Below, piece after piece: positions 61,101 to 64,000 of a stretch of 64,000 nucleotides of DNA. The notes under the pieces were generated by a model. The model saw only the letters and a list, made by a program, of their open reading frames with translations. It did not search any database and had not been told where the DNA came from. The DNA is from Azolla caroliniana (lineage: Eukaryota; Plantae; Polypodiophyta). The number at the start of each line of letters is the position of its first letter. The stretch's first letter is position 1. Location of the stretch: contig JBHGNT010000008.1 of the NCBI GenBank assembly GCA_043228905.1, forward strand, positions 18,972,001 through 19,036,000, written 5' to 3'. The position numbers and the translations under genes are program-made.

Positions 61101-64000
61101 ACAAAATTGGCGAAAAAATATAATTACCTTCCGGCGAGGAAAAGCCAAGGTACGGGTACCAACACAGCCAAGGACGAGCACTAGCAAGGAATGTACACCG
61201 TTGTATGCGGAATGCGTCAACATGCTAGAAGGGTTAGCGGACGAAGAAGAAGCTCAATACCTGCAGGAAAACCCGAAGATCATACCCCTCTTCGAAATTG
61301 ACATTGCCGAAGCCGTAGCACCATACTTACCGCAACCGGAAGAGGCGGAAGCAGAACCGGATAAAGACGCAATCTGGGAGTTACGGCAAGCGCAGGAAGC
61401 GTTGGACCGGGAAATGGCTGTTTCACAGCGCGTAAAAGCATCGCAACTGGAAGAGGTGAATTTAGGCACCACGGACGAAGCAAAACTGGTGCACATCGCC
61501 AAGGAGATGAAGTCCGGAGACAAAACGGCGATGATAACACTTCTCACGGAATTTTGCGACGTATTCGCCTGGTCATACGAAGACATGCGAGGACTCGACC
61601 CTCAATTATACCAGCATCAAGTGCACTTGAGCAAGGACGCAAAACCAGTGGCACAAAGACGGTACCGGATGAATCCCAATTACGCCGCCAAGGTCAAGGA
61701 AGAAATCGACAAACTGCTAAGAGTTGGCTTTATCCGTTCGGTAAAGAAAGCGACATGGCTGAGCCCGATCGTAGTCGTACCGAAGAAGAACGGCAAAATT
61801 CGAGTTTGCGTGGACTACCGGAAACTCAATGCGGCTACGGTAACAGATGCGTTTCCACTTCCGTTCACAGATGGAGTGTTGGATGCCGTCGCCGGCCATG
61901 AGGTCTATAGCTTCCTAGACGGATTCAGCGGGTATAATCAGATCCAGATGCACCCCGACGACCAAGAGAAAACGGCATTCGTCACCGAATGGGGGGTGTT
62001 TGTGGCCGTGGTGATGATGTTCGGACTCAAAACGGCACCGGCAACATTTCAACGAATCATCATGGAAATCTTTGGTGAATATATTCCGGCTTTTATGCAG
62101 GTTTTCCTTGACGATTTCACCGTCTATAGCCGGGAGGAGGACCATTTTCAGCACCTCCGTCTTTGTCTAGAAAAGTGTAGAGCGTACCGGCTAAGCTTGA
62201 ATCCGGCAAAGTGTGTATTTGGCGTGTCCAGTGGAACTTTATTAGGACATATTGTGAGCCAGGAAGGTATTGCAGTCGACCCGGACAAAGTGAAAGCCAT
62301 ATTAGAAGCACCGGCGCCGGCAACGGCAAAGGCATTAAGCCGGTTCTTAGGCCAGATCCGGTGGCACAGCCAGATGCTCCGATACTTGGCCGACCTGGCT
62401 ACACCGTTGCATGCCGTCGTACATCGGACACCATTCCAATGGACCGACACTGAGGATAGGGCGTATAAGGCCCTCAAGGTACTATTGTCGTAGGCACCGG
62501 TAGTGCAGCCTCCGGATTGGAGTAAAGAATTTCATGTGTTCGTGGACGCCTCCGACATCGCAATCGGAAGCGTACTGATGCAGCTTACGGAACCAAAGTG
62601 GTACTGTCCAGTGTACTATGCCAGCCGGAAGCTATCCCAAGCAGAGCGGAACTACTCTACTACGGAACGGGAAGCCCTAGGGATGATCTACAGTGTGACA
62701 AAGTTTCGGCACTATTTATTGGGAAGGAAGTTTTCCTTCCATGTAGATCATTCGGCACTCCTTTACCTAGTGTCCAAGGCGTCACTCACCGGCAAATTGG
62801 CCCGGTGGACCTTATTGTTACAGGAGTTCGAGTTTGAAATATTCCACCGACCCGGTATACAGTATGCCGTAGCGGATTACTTCAGCCGATTGGAGTCCGG
62901 AGAGACGGGTGACGGAGTACCGGATGAGTTTCCGGATGCGGAGCTGTTTCGAGTCACTACGGAGACGGCAGCAGATGAGACAGTGGCCCAGGAAGACAAG
63001 TGGCTCACAACTATGCACCAGTTTCTGAGCACAGGACTGCCTCCGGAAGAGCTGAACCGGGACGAACGGAAACGCCTGGCGGTTCAAAGCCGACATTTCT
63101 GCTTACTGCAAGACACATTGTACCACAAGGGCGCGGACAGCATATGGAGACGGGCGGTGCGCAGAGATGAAAAGGAACTGATACTGAGAGAAGCCCACTG
63201 CGGAGTTGCCGGAGGTCACTATGCCGGAGATGCGACGGCCAGAAAAATATGGCAAAGTGGCCTATGGTGGCCAACGACATTAAGAGATGCGGTACGGTAC
63301 GCAAAAGAATGTGACCTATGCCAGAGAATGGGCCAGCCAACGGAGCAGGCTCGTATGCCACACCAATCGGTACTACCACTCGAGCCATTCCAAAAGTGGG
63401 GGCTGGATTTTGTAGGACTGTTCAAGCCGCCGGCAATGAGAACGGGTAATCGGTACGTTATCGTTGCTACGGATTACTGCACGAAATGGGTGGAGTCCAA
63501 AGCTTTACGGGATAAAACCGTTGCGTCAACGACAAAGTTTCTATATGAGTACATCTGATGCCGTTACGGATGCCCCATTGAATTGATAAGTGATCAAGGG
63601 GGGCACTTTCTCGAACAAGTAGTGGAAAGCCTAACGACTTTCTATGCTGTGGTCCACAAACGAAGCACACCTTACTATCCATAGGCGAACGGATTAGCGG
63701 AATCAATAAACAAGACGCTCCAGAATATCCTTCAGAAGATCGTCAACGAGAACCGGACGGATTGGGACACAAAGCTACATAGCGCGCTTTGGGCATACCG
63801 GACGGCATACAAAACGAGCATCCGAACAACACCGTTCCGGTTGGCATTCAGACTCGAGGCGGTCATGCCGGTAGAATTTCAAGTACCTAGCTTACGGATC
63901 CAGCTACGAGAACGGCTGAACGAGAAGGAGTCGGAGACAATAAGGTTGACAGCGTTGTGTGAGCTGGAGGAACAACGGTTGGCCAGCATCCTACATTTAG
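58117..64000 (+). mobile_element. Gypsy H2 (H family): 5' LTR 58117-58546, PBS at about 58554, gag-pol from 58600 with several stops; runs off the window
   Basis: LTR and protein are homologous to H1; in-frame stops at 59200, 60361, 62491 and 63556. Confidence 0.93.

Overview
Eukaryotic, repeat-dense DNA; the element types suggest a non-seed land plant (inference). About 94% of the window is a deeply nested stack of LTR retrotransposons, resolved here by LTR pairs, primer-binding sites (PBS), polypurine tracts (PPT) and target-site duplications (TSD). Left nest: Copia E <- Copia C1 <- {non-autonomous Gypsy A; Copia D <- Gypsy H1 <- Copia C2}. Right nest: Copia F <- AT-rich insert <- {Gypsy G1 <- solo LTR A'; chromovirus J <- Gypsy G2 <- {solo LTR K1; Copia K2 <- {Gypsy G3; Gypsy H2}}}. 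The only non-retroelement sequence (28913-32676 plus 40708-40875) holds an intron-containing, pseudogenised minus-strand gene that the ORF track fragments. Spliced by hand, it encodes a ParB/Srx-like domain fused to a complete prokaryotic-type beta-class N4C/N6A DNA methyltransferase. Other notable signals: (1) a tRNA 3' end ending in CCA sits where Gypsy H1 should have its PPT; (2) antisense tRNA-like A/B-box modules lie in LTRs of two unrelated Gypsy lineages; (3) the G family has a conserved GGAUUUU-UAG site plus a pseudoknot, a -1 frameshift signal between protease and RT; (4) every tRNA-Trp-primed insertion has a 4-bp N-CG-N target site. All coordinates, splice calls and mismatch counts were made by eye, and tRNA identities are from recall.
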